Both the position numbers and the translations under genes were made by a program. The notes below the pieces were generated by a model. That model searched no databases. It had not been told where the DNA came from and saw only the letters and a program-made list of their open reading frames with translations. A stretch of 63,462 nt of DNA, counting the filler, from an uncultured bacterium (lineage in GTDB: Bacteria; CAYJOG01): NCBI GenBank assembly GCA_964371695.1. It is 10 parts of 10 records of this genome, joined end to end, with 100 filler letters (N's around TTAATTAATTAA, not from the genome) between each part and the next. Parts side by side here need not be neighbours in the genome. Positions count along the whole stretch, not along the records: positions 51,059 to 57,216 come from CAYJOG010000187.1; positions 57,317 to 63,462 come from CAYJOG010000188.1; 8 more parts are not named here. One strand, written 5' to 3'. How positions within the stretch are numbered: position 1 is the first letter of the stretch; the number at the start of each line of letters is the position of its first letter. Shown one piece after another: positions 52,036-62,544 of the stretch.

Positions 52036-53595
52036 TCAGGTCTTTTTCTTCCAGAAATACGTGGTCCCCTTGTCTGCCGAAAACAGCGGCGTGGCTTTTA
52101 CCCCGCCCAGGCTGTTCTGATAAAACACCGTCACCGGCTGGTGCCACAGAAACACCCACGGGGCCAGGTCATGCACCATGGCGTCTGCTTTTTCATACAG
52201 CCCCAGGCGGGTTTTGTCGTCGGGCGTGGTCTGGGCCTGTGTGATGAATTCATCCAACTCAGGATTTTGCAAACGTGCCCGGTTGCCACCGCCCCCCAGG
52301 TTCTGGCTGTGAAAGAGGGGGAACAAAAAGTTTTCCGCATCGGCGTAATCGGCAAACCAGTTCATCAAGAACAGGGGCGCTTCACCGGCGATGACCTTCT
52401 CCTTGAAAGCCGCGCTTTCCAGGGGCCTGATTTCCGCCTTCACCCCCACCTGGGACAGTTCGTGAGAAATCACCTCGGCCAGTTCGGTCTGGGCTTTGTC
52501 GGCCTTGTGCCACAACACGGTGTCGAAACCTTTTTCCAGGCCCGCCTTTTTCAGCAGAGCGGCGGCCTGTTTGGTGTTGGCGGCATAGGGAGCGACCCCG
52601 CTGTGGCCCGGCAGCGAAGGCGGCACCGGCCCGCTGGCCAACTGGTTGCGGCCCTGATAAAGCTGGTCGTTGATGAGTTTGCGGTTGATGGCCATGTTCA
52701 TGGCGCGGCGCACCAGCGGATTGTCAAACGGCGGTTTTTGTGTGTTCATGCCCAGATAAAACACGTTCAGGCCGGGGGCCTGGGCGTGGCCAAACTGGCC
52801 TTTGGGCAACGCCAACAGGCGGTTGACGGAAAGGTCTGACACATAGGTGTGGGGCATCAGGTGCAGCTTGCCCTGCTGAAAATCCGTTTCGGCGGCGCGT
52901 TCCTCGGTATAGAGCCGATAAGTCAGCCCCGGGACACCCGCCGAACCGGCGAAATAACTGTTGTTGCGCTCCAGTTGCACTTCCAGACCCTTTTTCCATT
53001 CCACCAGGGAAAAAGGCCCGGTGCCGTTGGTCTCCAGGTTCAGGTTGCGGCCCGACTTGCTGGCCCAGTCTTTATCCAGCACATAGGCCCCGCTCATGGC
53101 CAGCAACCCCAGAAAGGGCGCGAATGGCCGGTTCAGCGTAATCACCACTTCCCCTGCCCCCCTGGCTTCCACTTTTTCCACCATGTTGTACCAGTCCAGA
53201 AAAGGGCTGGCCACGGCGCTGTCTTTCAGACGGGAGAGGGAAAACACCACGTCGGAGGCGTCCAGAGTCTGGCCGCCGTGAAAGGTCACCCCTGGGCGAA
53301 GGGTGAAAACATAGGTCTTGCCATCAGGCGAAATGGTCCATTTTTCGGCCAGGGCGGCCTTGGGGGTGAGTTTTTCGTCAAAGGCCACCAGACCGTCATA
53401 AATCTTGGCCAGCACCTCGGCGGTGGCGTCGTTGTTCAGGGCCGGGTCCAGCGTGGTGGGGTCGCGCTTAAGCGCGATGATCACCGGGCCATCGGCGGAC
53501 TGGGAAGGAGGGGCTTTTTGTGGCTTGCAGCCGGTGAGCAGGCCCAGAAAACCTGCGATCAGTAGCGTCAGGGGCAGTGGCATCAAGCGGGACAT
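52036..53595 (-). CDS. ABC transporter substrate-binding lipoprotein, family 5 (Opp/Dpp)
   Basis: LLTGC lipobox, TLDP, FTLRPGVTFHGG, GTGPF, PFDNPLVRRA. Confidence 0.93.
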   Translation of the reverse strand: MSRLMPLPLTLLIAGFLGLLTGCKPQKAPPSQSADGPVIIALKRDPTTLDPALNNDATAEVLAKIYDGLVAFDEKLTPKAALAEKWTISPDGKTYVFTLRPGVTFHGGQTLDASDVVFSLSRLKDSAVASPFLDWYNMVEKVEARGAGEVVITLNRPFAPFLGLLAMSGAYVLDKDWASKSGRNLNLETNGTGPFSLVEWKKGLEVQLERNNSYFAGSAGVPGLTYRLYTEERAAETDFQQGKLHLMPHTYVSDLSVNRLLALPKGQFGHAQAPGLNVFYLGMNTQKPPFDNPLVRRAMNMAINRKLINDQLYQGRNQLASGPVPPSLPGHSGVAPYAANTKQAAALLKKAGLEKGFDTVLWHKADKAQTELAEVISHELSQVGVKAEIRPLESAAFKEKVIAGEAPLFLMNWFADYADAENFLFPLFHSQNLGGGGNRARLQNPELDEFITQAQTTPDDKTRLGLYEKADAMVHDLAPWVFLWHQPVTVFYQNSLGGVKATPLFSADKGTTYFWKKKT

Positions 53596-53721
53596 GAACG
53601 GCAGACTAACACCCCACGAACAAAAAATCATTGCATGGGCAGGCGCGGTAAGCCCTTCTGCCTTGCACTTGTCCGGGTGCTGCTTAAACTTTTCTTCATC
53701 CTTTCTTTTCCTGATCACAAC

Positions 53722-54708
53722 ATGACCACAAAATCATCCCTCCCTCGCCCAAAACGACACCTCTGTGCAGCCCTTGCCACCCTGTTGGGTGTTTTTTTGA
53801 TCACCCGGACAGCCCGTGCGGGGGGGCCTTACATCTTCCTGATGAGCTTTGGCGACACCGGCGCGGGCATGACAGCCGACCGGGTCAAGGGCATTTTCGA
53901 CCAGTTGTTCATGACGGTGGAAAAAAAGACCAGCATCAAGATAAAAGGGGAGATCATCCCCAGCGCCAACAACAAACATTATTCCTTCATCATTGACGAC
54001 ATTCTGGCCCGCATGAAGGTCGGCAAAGGCCAGGTCACGCTGCTTTCGCCCGGCGAATATCACAGGGCCGGGCGCAGGGGACATCAGGTGAAACTGTGGA
54101 TGTCCATGACCGTGAACATGCAGAAGCTGAGCCAGTTCTGCGTATACACCAAGGCGGGCGGCCCCATCAAATCCCTCAAAGATTTGAAAGGAAAAGCCTT
54201 TGCAGGCATGGATGAATACGTCGCCGTGCGCACACTGTTCGCCAAAGAAGGCGTGAACGAGCCGCTCTGGAAGTTTTTTGGCTCCATTCCCCTCAAGGAT
54301 TCTTCTTCCGAAAACTTTGAAGCCATTTTGAGCGGCAAGCTGGCGGGCATGGCACAGAGCGCCTTTGGCTACAAGTTTCTGGTGCAACAGAACCCGAAAT
54401 TCAAGGGGGTGCGGCCCTTCAAATGCCTGGACCAATACCCCAACCAGCTGATCGTGACGGTGCCGAGTGTGAACCCCGCCGACAGCAACACCCTCACCAG
54501 CGTGCTGGTCAACGCCCACCGCGACCCGGAGTTCCGATCGGCCAAGTGGTTTTTTCTGGCCATCAACGGGGCGTTTTTTCCGGCGGACGCCTCGCTGCTG
54601 GCCGGTTTTCAGCAACTGATGAAAGACGCCACCGCCAAGGGTTATGTCAAAGAAGAAGACGAATGGTTCACCAAAGTGCTGCCGGTGATGTACAAACAGC
54701 AGAAATAG
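53722..54708 (+). CDS. PhnD/SsuA-like periplasmic binding protein
   Basis: Signal peptide (ARA-G); IKSLKDLKGKAFA. Confidence 0.6.
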   Translation: MTTKSSLPRPKRHLCAALATLLGVFLITRTARAGGPYIFLMSFGDTGAGMTADRVKGIFDQLFMTVEKKTSIKIKGEIIPSANNKHYSFIIDDILARMKVGKGQVTLLSPGEYHRAGRRGHQVKLWMSMTVNMQKLSQFCVYTKAGGPIKSLKDLKGKAFAGMDEYVAVRTLFAKEGVNEPLWKFFGSIPLKDSSSENFEAILSGKLAGMAQSAFGYKFLVQQNPKFKGVRPFKCLDQYPNQLIVTVPSVNPADSNTLTSVLVNAHRDPEFRSAKWFFLAINGAFFPADASLLAGFQQLMKDATAKGYVKEEDEWFTKVLPVMYKQQK

Positions 54709-54738
54709 CTTTTTATGCCCGGAACCCATTCAGCTCCC

Positions 54739-54897
54739 CTAACAAAACTCCCTCCATGGAGTTTTGTTAGCGCCGAGACGGGAAATGAATCCCCGTCTCG
54801 AGCGCGAAACCCTGCTGGTTTTCAACCTTCCGGGTTTCGGATGCGGGCCATCCAGGCCCGCAGAGTCCCTGACAAAACTGGTTTTGTCAGGGACTCT
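54739..54897 (-). repeat. Family E diverged copy
   Basis: Reverse strand GCGGGCC-TGGA-TGGCCCGC, CGAAACCC..GGTT-GAA-AACC..GGGTTTCG, AAAACTCC-ATGGAG-GGAGTTTT. Confidence 0.75.
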
Positions 54898-54963
54898 TGA
54901 TTTTTTGAACTCTTGCGCCGATTCTGTTAAGATATATGCGCACATCCAGGAAGGAGTGTTTCC

Positions 54964-55806
54964 ATGTCAAACAGCGTGGGTAGTATCCAGACCAATGTTT
55001 CTGCGCTCAACGGATTGGCGCAGATCAAGAAAACCAGCAGCAAGCTGAGCGTGAACCTTCAGCAGCTTTCCTCGGGCAAGCACCTCGTCAATGCGTCCGT
55101 CTCCCCGGCGGATCTGGCCATCGCCACCGCCTTTGAATCGCAGGTGCGGGGCTATGACGTGGCGGTGCAGAACGCCCAGGACGCCGTGAACCTGGCCCAG
55201 ACCGCCGACGCCTCGCTGAACAGCACCACCGACGTGCTGCTGCGCCAGCGGGACATCGCCGTGCGCGCCGCCAACGACGCCACCCTCACCGCCGCCGACC
55301 GCCAGAACCTGAACAACGAGTTTCAGGCCCTCACTCAAGAGGTGGACCGTCAGGCCCAGACCGCCGACTTCAACAACAAACAACTGCGCGACGGCAGCTA
55401 TGGCACACAGGTGGCCCAGGTTGGCCCCAACGCCGGAGTTGAAAATCAGGTGAACGTCACCCTGAACGACACCACCGCCGGTGCAGGCGGCCTGAACACC
55501 ACCGGGTCTTCGGTGGACACCGTGGCCAACGCCCAGAACGCCATCGCCGAAATTGATCAGGCCCTTTCGCAGGTGGCCACCGAGCGCAGCAACGTGGGCG
55601 TCACCCAGCGGCGTCTGGAATCTTCGGCCAACGACGCCGTGAACCAGCGCATCAACCTGGATGAAGCCCGCAGCCGCGTGGAAGACACCGACTTCATCCG
55701 CCGCTCAGCCGAAAACGCCCAGTTGCGCATTCAGCTCAATCTGCAAGTGGCCCTGCAAAGCCACGCCCAGGTGGGCAACAAGGCGCTGGCCAGTTTGCTG
55801 AAATAA
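54964..55806 (+). CDS. Divergent flagellin paralog
   Basis: QTNVSAL, QLSSG, AQTADASL, RQRDIAVRAAND, QVGPN, SRVEDTD. Confidence 0.9.
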   Translation: MSNSVGSIQTNVSALNGLAQIKKTSSKLSVNLQQLSSGKHLVNASVSPADLAIATAFESQVRGYDVAVQNAQDAVNLAQTADASLNSTTDVLLRQRDIAVRAANDATLTAADRQNLNNEFQALTQEVDRQAQTADFNNKQLRDGSYGTQVAQVGPNAGVENQVNVTLNDTTAGAGGLNTTGSSVDTVANAQNAIAEIDQALSQVATERSNVGVTQRRLESSANDAVNQRINLDEARSRVEDTDFIRRSAENAQLRIQLNLQVALQSHAQVGNKALASLLK

Positions 55807-55826
55807 CAAAACCTCACTGAATTGAC

Positions 55827-55857
55827 AAAAAGGCCCTCTTCACCGGAGGGCTTTTTT
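55827..55857 (+). terminator. Intrinsic terminator
   Basis: AAAAAGGCCCTC-TTCACCG-GAGGGCTTTTTT. Confidence 0.75.
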
Positions 55858-55983
55858 ATGCCCGGCGTCAGGCTTTGTGGCGTCCCCCCGTTGAATAAAC
55901 GCCCCGGCGCGCTAAATTACCGTTCCCTGTTTGCGCCACCGGGCAAAAGCAGGCGAAAGACCGCACGTTCAAAGGAGTCGTCA

Positions 55984-57084
55984 ATGTCCAAATCTTCTCA
56001 AGCGCCGCTCAGGGCCGCCGTGGTGGGCGCCACCGGTCTGGCGGGTCAGCAGTTCCTGGCCGCCCTGAACCATCACCCCACCATCACCATCACCCATCTG
56101 GCCGCCAGCCCCCGCAGCGCGGGCAAAAAATATCTCGACGCCATTTCCTCGAACGGCCACGTGCAGTGGCACGCCGGGGGCGACCTGCCCAAAAAATACG
56201 CCAAAATGACAGTGTTCAACACCGCAGACCTGCCCCTCAAGGAAGTGGACCTCGTGTTCACCGCTGTCGAGAGCGACGCGGCCAGGGACATCGAACCGGC
56301 CCTGGCCCAACACCTGCCCGTCATCAGCACCGCCAGCGCATTCCGATATGAAGACGACGCGCCGCTGCTGTTGCCCGGCGTGAACTACGCCCACGCCGCG
56401 CTGCTCAAAACCCAGCAGAAAAACCGGGGCTGGAAAGGCTTCATCAGCGCCGTGCCCAACAGCACCACCACGGGCCTCGCCCTCACACTGGCCCCGCTGC
56501 ATCAACACTTTGGCGTGAAACAGGTGGTGATGGTGAGCATGCAGGCCCTGTCGGGCGCGGGCCGCAGCCCCGGTGTGCTGGCGCTGGATATTCTGGACAA
56601 CGTGATTCCCTACATTCCCAAAGAAGAAGAAAAAGTGGAACTGGAAACCCGCAAGATTCTGGGCACGGTGGGGGCCAAAAACATCAAACCGGCCCCCATC
56701 GTGGTGAGCAGCACCTGCACCCGCGTGAACGTGCGCGACGGCCACACCGAGGCGGTTTTTGTGAGCCTCAAGAAAAAAGCCACACTGGCCCAGGTGCGCG
56801 AGGCGATGGAAAAACACGCCCCCAAAGAGGCCAAGGGCCTGCCCAGCACACCCAAACAGTGGATTCACGTGAAAGACGACCCCTTTCGCCCCCAGCCCCG
56901 CCTGGACCGCGACACCGAAGACGGCATGTGCGCCGTGGTGGGCCGCCTGCGCGAAGACACCGTGCTGGAAAACGGCGTCAAATATGTGCTGCTCTCTCAC
57001 AACACCAAAATCGGCGCCGCCAAAGGAGCCGTGTCACTGGCCGAGTTTTATGCCCGTGCGGGACTGATTAAAGCCAGGGTGTAA
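55984..57084 (+). CDS. asd: Aspartate-semialdehyde dehydrogenase (archaeal/fungal-type), Ser at catalytic Cys position
   Basis: VVGATGLAGQ, MQALSGAG, DNVIPYI, RPQPRLDRD, LSHNTKIGAA; PNSTTT instead of PNCTTT. Confidence 0.85.
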   Translation: MSKSSQAPLRAAVVGATGLAGQQFLAALNHHPTITITHLAASPRSAGKKYLDAISSNGHVQWHAGGDLPKKYAKMTVFNTADLPLKEVDLVFTAVESDAARDIEPALAQHLPVISTASAFRYEDDAPLLLPGVNYAHAALLKTQQKNRGWKGFISAVPNSTTTGLALTLAPLHQHFGVKQVVMVSMQALSGAGRSPGVLALDILDNVIPYIPKEEEKVELETRKILGTVGAKNIKPAPIVVSSTCTRVNVRDGHTEAVFVSLKKKATLAQVREAMEKHAPKEAKGLPSTPKQWIHVKDDPFRPQPRLDRDTEDGMCAVVGRLREDTVLENGVKYVLLSHNTKIGAAKGAVSLAEFYARAGLIKARV

Positions 57085-57462
57085 AATCTTTCGCATCCTT
57101 CTGGCGGTTTTTTCAACTTACAGCACATGGGCATTACCTGGGGGGGGGGGGGGGGGGGCGCGCCCGGCCCCGCCCCGCGCCCGGGGGCGGCCGCGGCGGC
57201 GGCGCGCCCCGCGCCCNNNNNNNNNNNNNNNNNNNNNNNNNNNNNNNNNNNNNNNNNNNNTTAATTAATTAANNNNNNNNNNNNNNNNNNNNNNNNNNNN
57301 NNNNNNNNNNNNNNNNACCGCCGGACTTCGCAGCACCCATTTCCAAACCGGCTCATCGCTCAGGGTTAATGCTGTTTCGATTGAAAATTTGTATTATAAA
57401 CTTGACAGGAATGTTCACCCAGAAAGACTCCGCTCGAACTCCCACCGCCGAATAAACGGCGC

Positions 57463-58512
57463 TTATTCCTTCGGCGGCTGGCACTGTTGCAGTGATTTCT
57501 CCAGTTTGGTGACCCGTTCGAACAGTTTCATCACTTCGGGCACCAAGCCGGGCAGGGCCTTGAGGGTTTTGTATTGCGTGACGGTTTCGGCGTGGGGTGC
57601 GGCGGGCATGCCGCTGTAGAGCATTTTGCCGGCGGGGATGTTTCTGATGACCCCCCCCCGGCCGCCGATGATGGCGTAGTCGCCGATGCTCACATGGTCG
57701 GCGGCCCCCGCCTGACCCGCAAAAATCACGTGGCGGCCAATGTCCACCGAACCGCTGATGCCCACCTGGGCCACGATGCGGCTGTGCTCGCCTACGCGGC
57801 AGTTGTGGCCGATGTGCGAGAGGTTGTCGAACTTCACGCCCCGCTCGATGAGGGTGTCGTCGATGGTGCCCCGGTCGATGGTGCAGTTCGCGCCGATTTC
57901 CACGTCATCCGAAATGATGACCCGGCCAATCTGGGGCACTTTGGTGTGGCCTTCTTCGGCCTCTATCAGGCCAAAGCCGTCTGCGCCGATCACCGTGCCG
58001 GAATGCAGAATGCACCGCGCCCCCACTTGGCAAAAGGCGTTGATGACCACTTGGGGATACAGCACCGTGTCCTCGCCAATCTGCGCCTCGTGGCCGATGT
58101 AAACCTGCGGATGAACCACGGTGTTCTCACCCACCACCGCACCGTCTTCCACCACGGCAAAAGCGCCGATGCTGGCGCTTTCTGCCACCTGGGCGGTGTC
58201 GGCCACAAAAGCCATGGGGTGGATGCCCGGTGCGGGCGTGGGGCGGGGGTCGAACAGGGCCAGCAGGTCCACAAAAGTGTATTTGCCCCGCTGCGTGCGC
58301 AGGTGGTCGCCCCCGGTGGTGGCGAGGTCCGACGCCAGCAGGGGAATGGCTTGGGGGCAGGCAGCCTGGAGTTTTTCCAGCGCGTCGGGTTTTTCCACAT
58401 AAACCACGTGATCGGGTTTTGGATTTTCAAGGCTGGCCGCACCCGCCACTTCCCTCTCGGCGTTGCCTTCAAATGAAATGCCCAGTGCGTCTGCCAGGTC
58501 ACGAATGGTCAT
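57463..58512 (-). CDS. lpxD: UDP-3-O-acylglucosamine N-acyltransferase
   Basis: Hexapeptide repeats, [36 protein letters not shown]. Confidence 0.95.
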   Translation of the reverse strand: MTIRDLADALGISFEGNAEREVAGAASLENPKPDHVVYVEKPDALEKLQAACPQAIPLLASDLATTGGDHLRTQRGKYTFVDLLALFDPRPTPAPGIHPMAFVADTAQVAESASIGAFAVVEDGAVVGENTVVHPQVYIGHEAQIGEDTVLYPQVVINAFCQVGARCILHSGTVIGADGFGLIEAEEGHTKVPQIGRVIISDDVEIGANCTIDRGTIDDTLIERGVKFDNLSHIGHNCRVGEHSRIVAQVGISGSVDIGRHVIFAGQAGAADHVSIGDYAIIGGRGGVIRNIPAGKMLYSGMPAAPHAETVTQYKTLKALPGLVPEVMKLFERVTKLEKSLQQCQPPKE

Positions 58513-58551
58513 GGTTGCCCCCTGAAAATGATGGGGCATGTTAACACGGCC

Positions 58552-58730
58552 TAAGAGCCTACTTTAAAAGTAGTTAAAAAACTGACAGTGTAGGCTCTTG
58601 CGGTCATGGATGACCGCATCCGAAAACCGAAACATTGAAAATGTTGAAGTTTTCGCCACGCCGAGGGGGCTTTGCCCCCGAAGGCGTTGGGTTTTAAAAG
58701 TCCACGACGGACTTTTAAAACAGGCTCTAA
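58552..58730 (+). repeat. Family E full copy, MITE-like
   Basis: TAAGAGCCT...AGGCTCTAA ends; five stems; similar copies at 62384 and 63325. Confidence 0.9.
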
Positions 58731-59389
58731 GAGGTCCGTTGGGCGATGAACAGCACATGCTGTTGCCAGTTCGTGCCGTTGAGATAGGCGTTGAAGGCCA
58801 TCTGGTGAAGCAGCGCGAAACCGGCCTGTTGCAGGGCTTCTGCAATGGCCTGGGGGTGATGCAGCAGAAACCTGCCCGTGGGGTCCAGGTTCCAGTCCGA
58901 GCCATCCACCGAGGGCGGCGCCGTGAGCAGGAAAAATCCGCCCGGTTTCAGCACACGGGCGGTTTCGCCGGCCACGTGGGCGGGCGAAACCATGTGCTCC
59001 ATCAGGCCAGCGCACACCACGCCGTCAAAAGTCTGCGGATTAAAGGGAAAGGACAGTGCGGCATTGGCCAGAACCCTTTTTTCATAAATGTCCGCAGGCG
59101 CCTGGGTGATCATGACGGCAGAAAGGTCCATGCCGGTGAGCGCCAGGGGCAGGCCGGCTTCTTTCAGCGCTGTTCCCACCAGACCAGTGCCGCAGCCCAG
59201 GTCCAGCCAGGGCGCGTGCGGGGCGGGTTTCAGAATTTTCAGCGCCTGCGCCACGGCCCGGTGCGACTGGTAATGAAACGTGTCCAGCAGGGTCTGGTCA
59301 TAGGTTCCGGCCAGGTCGCTGTAAGTGTCCTGGGCGTGCTGCCTGAGGATTTCACTGATTTGCTGGATGGTATGACCGGGCGAGGACAA
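58727..59389 (-). CDS. Class I SAM-dependent methyltransferase
   Basis: LDLGCGTGL, GMDLSAVM, RVLKPGG; start uncertain. Confidence 0.85.
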   Translation of the reverse strand: MSSPGHTIQQISEILRQHAQDTYSDLAGTYDQTLLDTFHYQSHRAVAQALKILKPAPHAPWLDLGCGTGLVGTALKEAGLPLALTGMDLSAVMITQAPADIYEKRVLANAALSFPFNPQTFDGVVCAGLMEHMVSPAHVAGETARVLKPGGFFLLTAPPSVDGSDWNLDPTGRFLLHHPQAIAEALQQAGFALLHQMAFNAYLNGTNWQQHVLFIAQRTS

Positions 59390-59463
59390 TCCGTGTGGAG
59401 TTTAAGGCGCTGAAAATATCGTTGCAAAAATAGGAATTGTGCGGGGCTGGGTATAATTCGCCC

Positions 59464-59910
59464 ATGATCAAAGTTGGCCAGAAGGCCCCCGATTTCACAC
59501 TGCCCGCTGTGCCGGGAGACACTTTTTCACTGAGCGCGGCCCTGGGCCATGGCCCGGTGGTGCTGGTGTTTTATCCGGGGGATTTCACACCGGTCTGCAC
59601 CAAGCAGCTTTGTGAATATTCCACCGGCTGGACAGAGTTGGAAAACCTGAACGCCACGGTGGTGGGCATCAGCAGCGACACACTGGAAACCCACGTGCGT
59701 TTCAGGGAAGAAAAAAACCTCAAAATGACCCTGGCCGCCGACCCCACCGGCAAGGTGGCCCGTCTGTTTGACGCGTGGTATCCCATCGTGAACAAATGCA
59801 AACGCTCCAACGTGGTGCTGGACAGGGACGGCGTGGTGGTGCGCATCGACACCGAGTTTCTGCCCGTGACCTATAAGAGTCTTCAGGGGTTGGTGAAGTC
59901 GCTGCAATAA
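59464..59910 (+). CDS. bcp: Peroxiredoxin, BCP/PrxQ family
   Basis: VGQKAPDF, FYPGDFTPVCTKQLC. Confidence 0.88.
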   Translation: MIKVGQKAPDFTLPAVPGDTFSLSAALGHGPVVLVFYPGDFTPVCTKQLCEYSTGWTELENLNATVVGISSDTLETHVRFREEKNLKMTLAADPTGKVARLFDAWYPIVNKCKRSNVVLDRDGVVVRIDTEFLPVTYKSLQGLVKSLQ

Positions 59911-59987
59911 CTAGGGTGTTTGGCGTGACCCCGGCCAAGCGCCCGGCAACCTGTTATGCTCTGCGGCATCTCTTTCTGGAGGCAAAC

Positions 59988-60566
59988 ATGCGCCTGACTT
60001 CCCATCGATTTTATTTCGCCGCCGCCAGCCTGCTGGTGCTGGGGCTGAGCGCCCCCAAGGCCCAGGCCGCACCGGCCAAAAAGAAAAGCAAAAACGTGGT
60101 GAGCAAGGTGGCGCAGTGGAAACCCGGCCTCATCAAGTTCGCCATCAAGGGCGGCGTGATGTTGCCCCGCGAAGGCAACGCCGACAATGGTTATGTGGTG
60201 GGGCTGGAAGCCAGCCTGAAACTGCCCGCCCTGGGCCGCATTTCGTTGCAAGGTGATTTCGCCGCCGGAGACATCAAGATTTCCCCCACACGAGATCAGG
60301 AATCCAGCCAGCGTTACCTGCATCTCAACTACATCGTCACGCCGCGCATCAACAGCCCCGTGGGCAAGTTTTATTATGGCCTGGGCGTGACACAGGGCTG
60401 GATGAAAGCCCCCGTTGGCGGCACCGCCAGCAAGCTGGGGCTGAATGCCCTGGCGGGTTATCAGTTCCCCAACAGCCTGCTGGTCGAGGCGCGTCATTCC
60501 TTTCTGGGTGACGACAAAAACACCGATCTGGGCGGCACTTCGGTGATGGCGGGTTACCGGTTTTAA
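59988..60566 (+). CDS. Outer-membrane beta-barrel protein
   Basis: Signal peptide, amphipathic strands, C-terminal AGYRF. Confidence 0.75.
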   Translation: MRLTSHRFYFAAASLLVLGLSAPKAQAAPAKKKSKNVVSKVAQWKPGLIKFAIKGGVMLPREGNADNGYVVGLEASLKLPALGRISLQGDFAAGDIKISPTRDQESSQRYLHLNYIVTPRINSPVGKFYYGLGVTQGWMKAPVGGTASKLGLNALAGYQFPNSLLVEARHSFLGDDKNTDLGGTSVMAGYRF

Positions 60567-60572
60567 TCGGCT

Positions 60573-61322
60573 GTGGCCGCGCCGGTTCAAATCATCGGCA
60601 CTTACCTTTCGCCCTATGTCCGCAAGGTGCTGGTGTGTCTGGCGCTCAAGGGCATTGACTATGAAATTGACCCCATCGTACCGTTTTTCGGCAACGATGA
60701 GTTTTCCCGCTTAAGCCCGTTGCGTCGCATTCCCGTGCTCATCGACGGCCCGGTGACGCTGTGCGATAGCTCGGTGATTTGCCAGTATCTCGAAGACCGT
60801 TACCCCGCGCCGGCGCTTTACCCCGCGAATATTGCAGACCGCGCCCGCGCCCGCTGGTGGGAGGAGTACGCCGACACCCGCCTGGGGGATGTATTCATCT
60901 GGCGGTTTTACAACGTGCGGGTGATCCAGCGGTTTGTGTTTGGCGCAGCGGTGGACGAAGAAAAACTCGCCCGCACACTGGGCGAAGAAATCCCGGAGGT
61001 GATGAATCATCTCGAAGCAAATCTGCCTGCCGATGGCTTTTTGTTTGGTGAGTTGAGCATTGCCGACATCAGTCTGGCGGCGTTTTTTCGCAATGCGGCT
61101 TTTGCAGGGTTTATGCCTGACGCGGCAAGGTGGCCCAACACGGCAGCCTATGCCGGGCGTGTGCTGTCGTTGTCGGCGTTTGCGCAGTTGACGCCCTTTG
61201 AAGATTTGTTGATGCGCACACCCATCACCGGACACCGCGCCGCACTCCGGGAAAAGGGCGCACCGGTGAGCGAAAAATCCTGGGCCGCAGAAAAACCCCG
61301 TCCCGGCGTGATGCCGATTTAA
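60573..61322 (+). CDS. Glutathione S-transferase family protein
   Basis: SPYVRKV, RIPVL, DSSVICQYLE, SIAD. Confidence 0.92.
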   Translation: MAAPVQIIGTYLSPYVRKVLVCLALKGIDYEIDPIVPFFGNDEFSRLSPLRRIPVLIDGPVTLCDSSVICQYLEDRYPAPALYPANIADRARARWWEEYADTRLGDVFIWRFYNVRVIQRFVFGAAVDEEKLARTLGEEIPEVMNHLEANLPADGFLFGELSIADISLAAFFRNAAFAGFMPDAARWPNTAAYAGRVLSLSAFAQLTPFEDLLMRTPITGHRAALREKGAPVSEKSWAAEKPRPGVMPI

Positions 61323-62368
61323 TCCGGAAACCTCACGGCCACCTTGCCCACCTGTTGGGCTGATTCCAGATAGGCGTGGGCCTGCTGGATTTCTGCCAGC
61401 GGAAAAACCTTGTCCAGCACCGGTTTGTAAATCTGCTGGCGGATGCGCTCGCCGATGATCTGGAACTCCCGCCGCGTGCCCATGGTGGACCCCAGAATCT
61501 GCTGGTGTTTGAAAAACAGGTGGCGCAGGTCAATCTCTACCTTGTGGCCGCTGGTGGCCCCGCAGGTGACCAGCCGCCCCCGCACCCCCAGCGCCCGCAG
61601 GCTGCCCTGCCAGGTGGCCTTGCCCACGTGGTCCACCACCACGCTGGCCATGGCTTTGCCGCTGAGTTCCTTCAGCCGCGTCAGCATGGTGAGCTGATCG
61701 CTCACCACTTCATCCGCGCCCAGGGTTTTCAGACGCGGGGCGGCGTCCATTTTGCGCGTCACCGCCAGCACGTTGGCCCCCTCGGCCTTCGCCACCTGCA
61801 TGGCCGCCATGCCCACGCCGCTGGTGGCCCCCTGCACCACCACCCAACTGCCGGGCCGGGGCTGGCCCAGTGTGGCCACCATGCGGTGGGCGGTGAGAAA
61901 AATCACCGGCACGGTGGCGGCTTCTTCAAAACTCAAAAAATCCGGCTTGGTGATCAGGTTGGCGGCGGGCATCGCCACCAACTCCGCCCCCAGGCCATCC
62001 ACATGTTCGCCGCGCATGGTGAACCGGCGGCAATACACGTCGTCTCCCGACAGGCACACGTCGCATTCGCCGCACACCATCGAGGGATTCATCATCACTT
62101 CGTCGCCGACAGAAAAACCTGTGACGCCTTCTCCCAGGGCGCTCACCACGCCTGCGGCGTCTGAGCCAAGAATGCGCGGGAAATGAATCTCGAACGATTC
62201 GATGCCCTGGCGCATCCACAGGTCCAGGTGGTTCAGCCCCACGGCCTTGATGCGCACCTGCACCTCGCCCGGGCCTGGCTGGGGAACGGGGTGGGGAGCC
62301 AGGGTGAGGACTTCTGGGCCTCCGTGCTGAAAAATGGTGATGGCGTTCATGGTGTTGGCGGCAGACAT
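61319..62368 (-). CDS. Zinc-binding MDR dehydrogenase/quinone oxidoreductase
   Basis: GGPEVL, NHLDLW, CGECDVC, GATSGVG, GSTMG. Confidence 0.9.
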   Translation of the reverse strand: MSAANTMNAITIFQHGGPEVLTLAPHPVPQPGPGEVQVRIKAVGLNHLDLWMRQGIESFEIHFPRILGSDAAGVVSALGEGVTGFSVGDEVMMNPSMVCGECDVCLSGDDVYCRRFTMRGEHVDGLGAELVAMPAANLITKPDFLSFEEAATVPVIFLTAHRMVATLGQPRPGSWVVVQGATSGVGMAAMQVAKAEGANVLAVTRKMDAAPRLKTLGADEVVSDQLTMLTRLKELSGKAMASVVVDHVGKATWQGSLRALGVRGRLVTCGATSGHKVEIDLRHLFFKHQQILGSTMGTRREFQIIGERIRQQIYKPVLDKVFPLAEIQQAHAYLESAQQVGKVAVRFPD

Positions 62369-62383
62369 GGCGGCATTTTAAGG

Positions 62384-62520
62384 CAGGCTCTTGCGGGCAT
62401 GGATGTCCGCACCCGAAAACCGAAGCTTTGAAAAAGTGTAGGTTTTTGCCACGCCGAAGGGGCTTTGCCCCTGAAGGCGTTGGGTTTATAAAGTCCACGA
62501 CGGACTTTATAAACAGGTTT
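62384..62520 (+). repeat. Family E copy
   Basis: CAGGCTCTTGCGGGCATGGATGTCCGC...AAAGTCCACGACGGACTTT. Confidence 0.9.
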
Positions 62521-62544
62521 TGATGCTTCTTTTATACTCCAGCC

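Noticed and set aside
57140-57216. Poly-G and pure-GC tract (possible G-quadruplex)
   Set aside because: At a contig end; typical low-quality or two-colour chemistry artefact.
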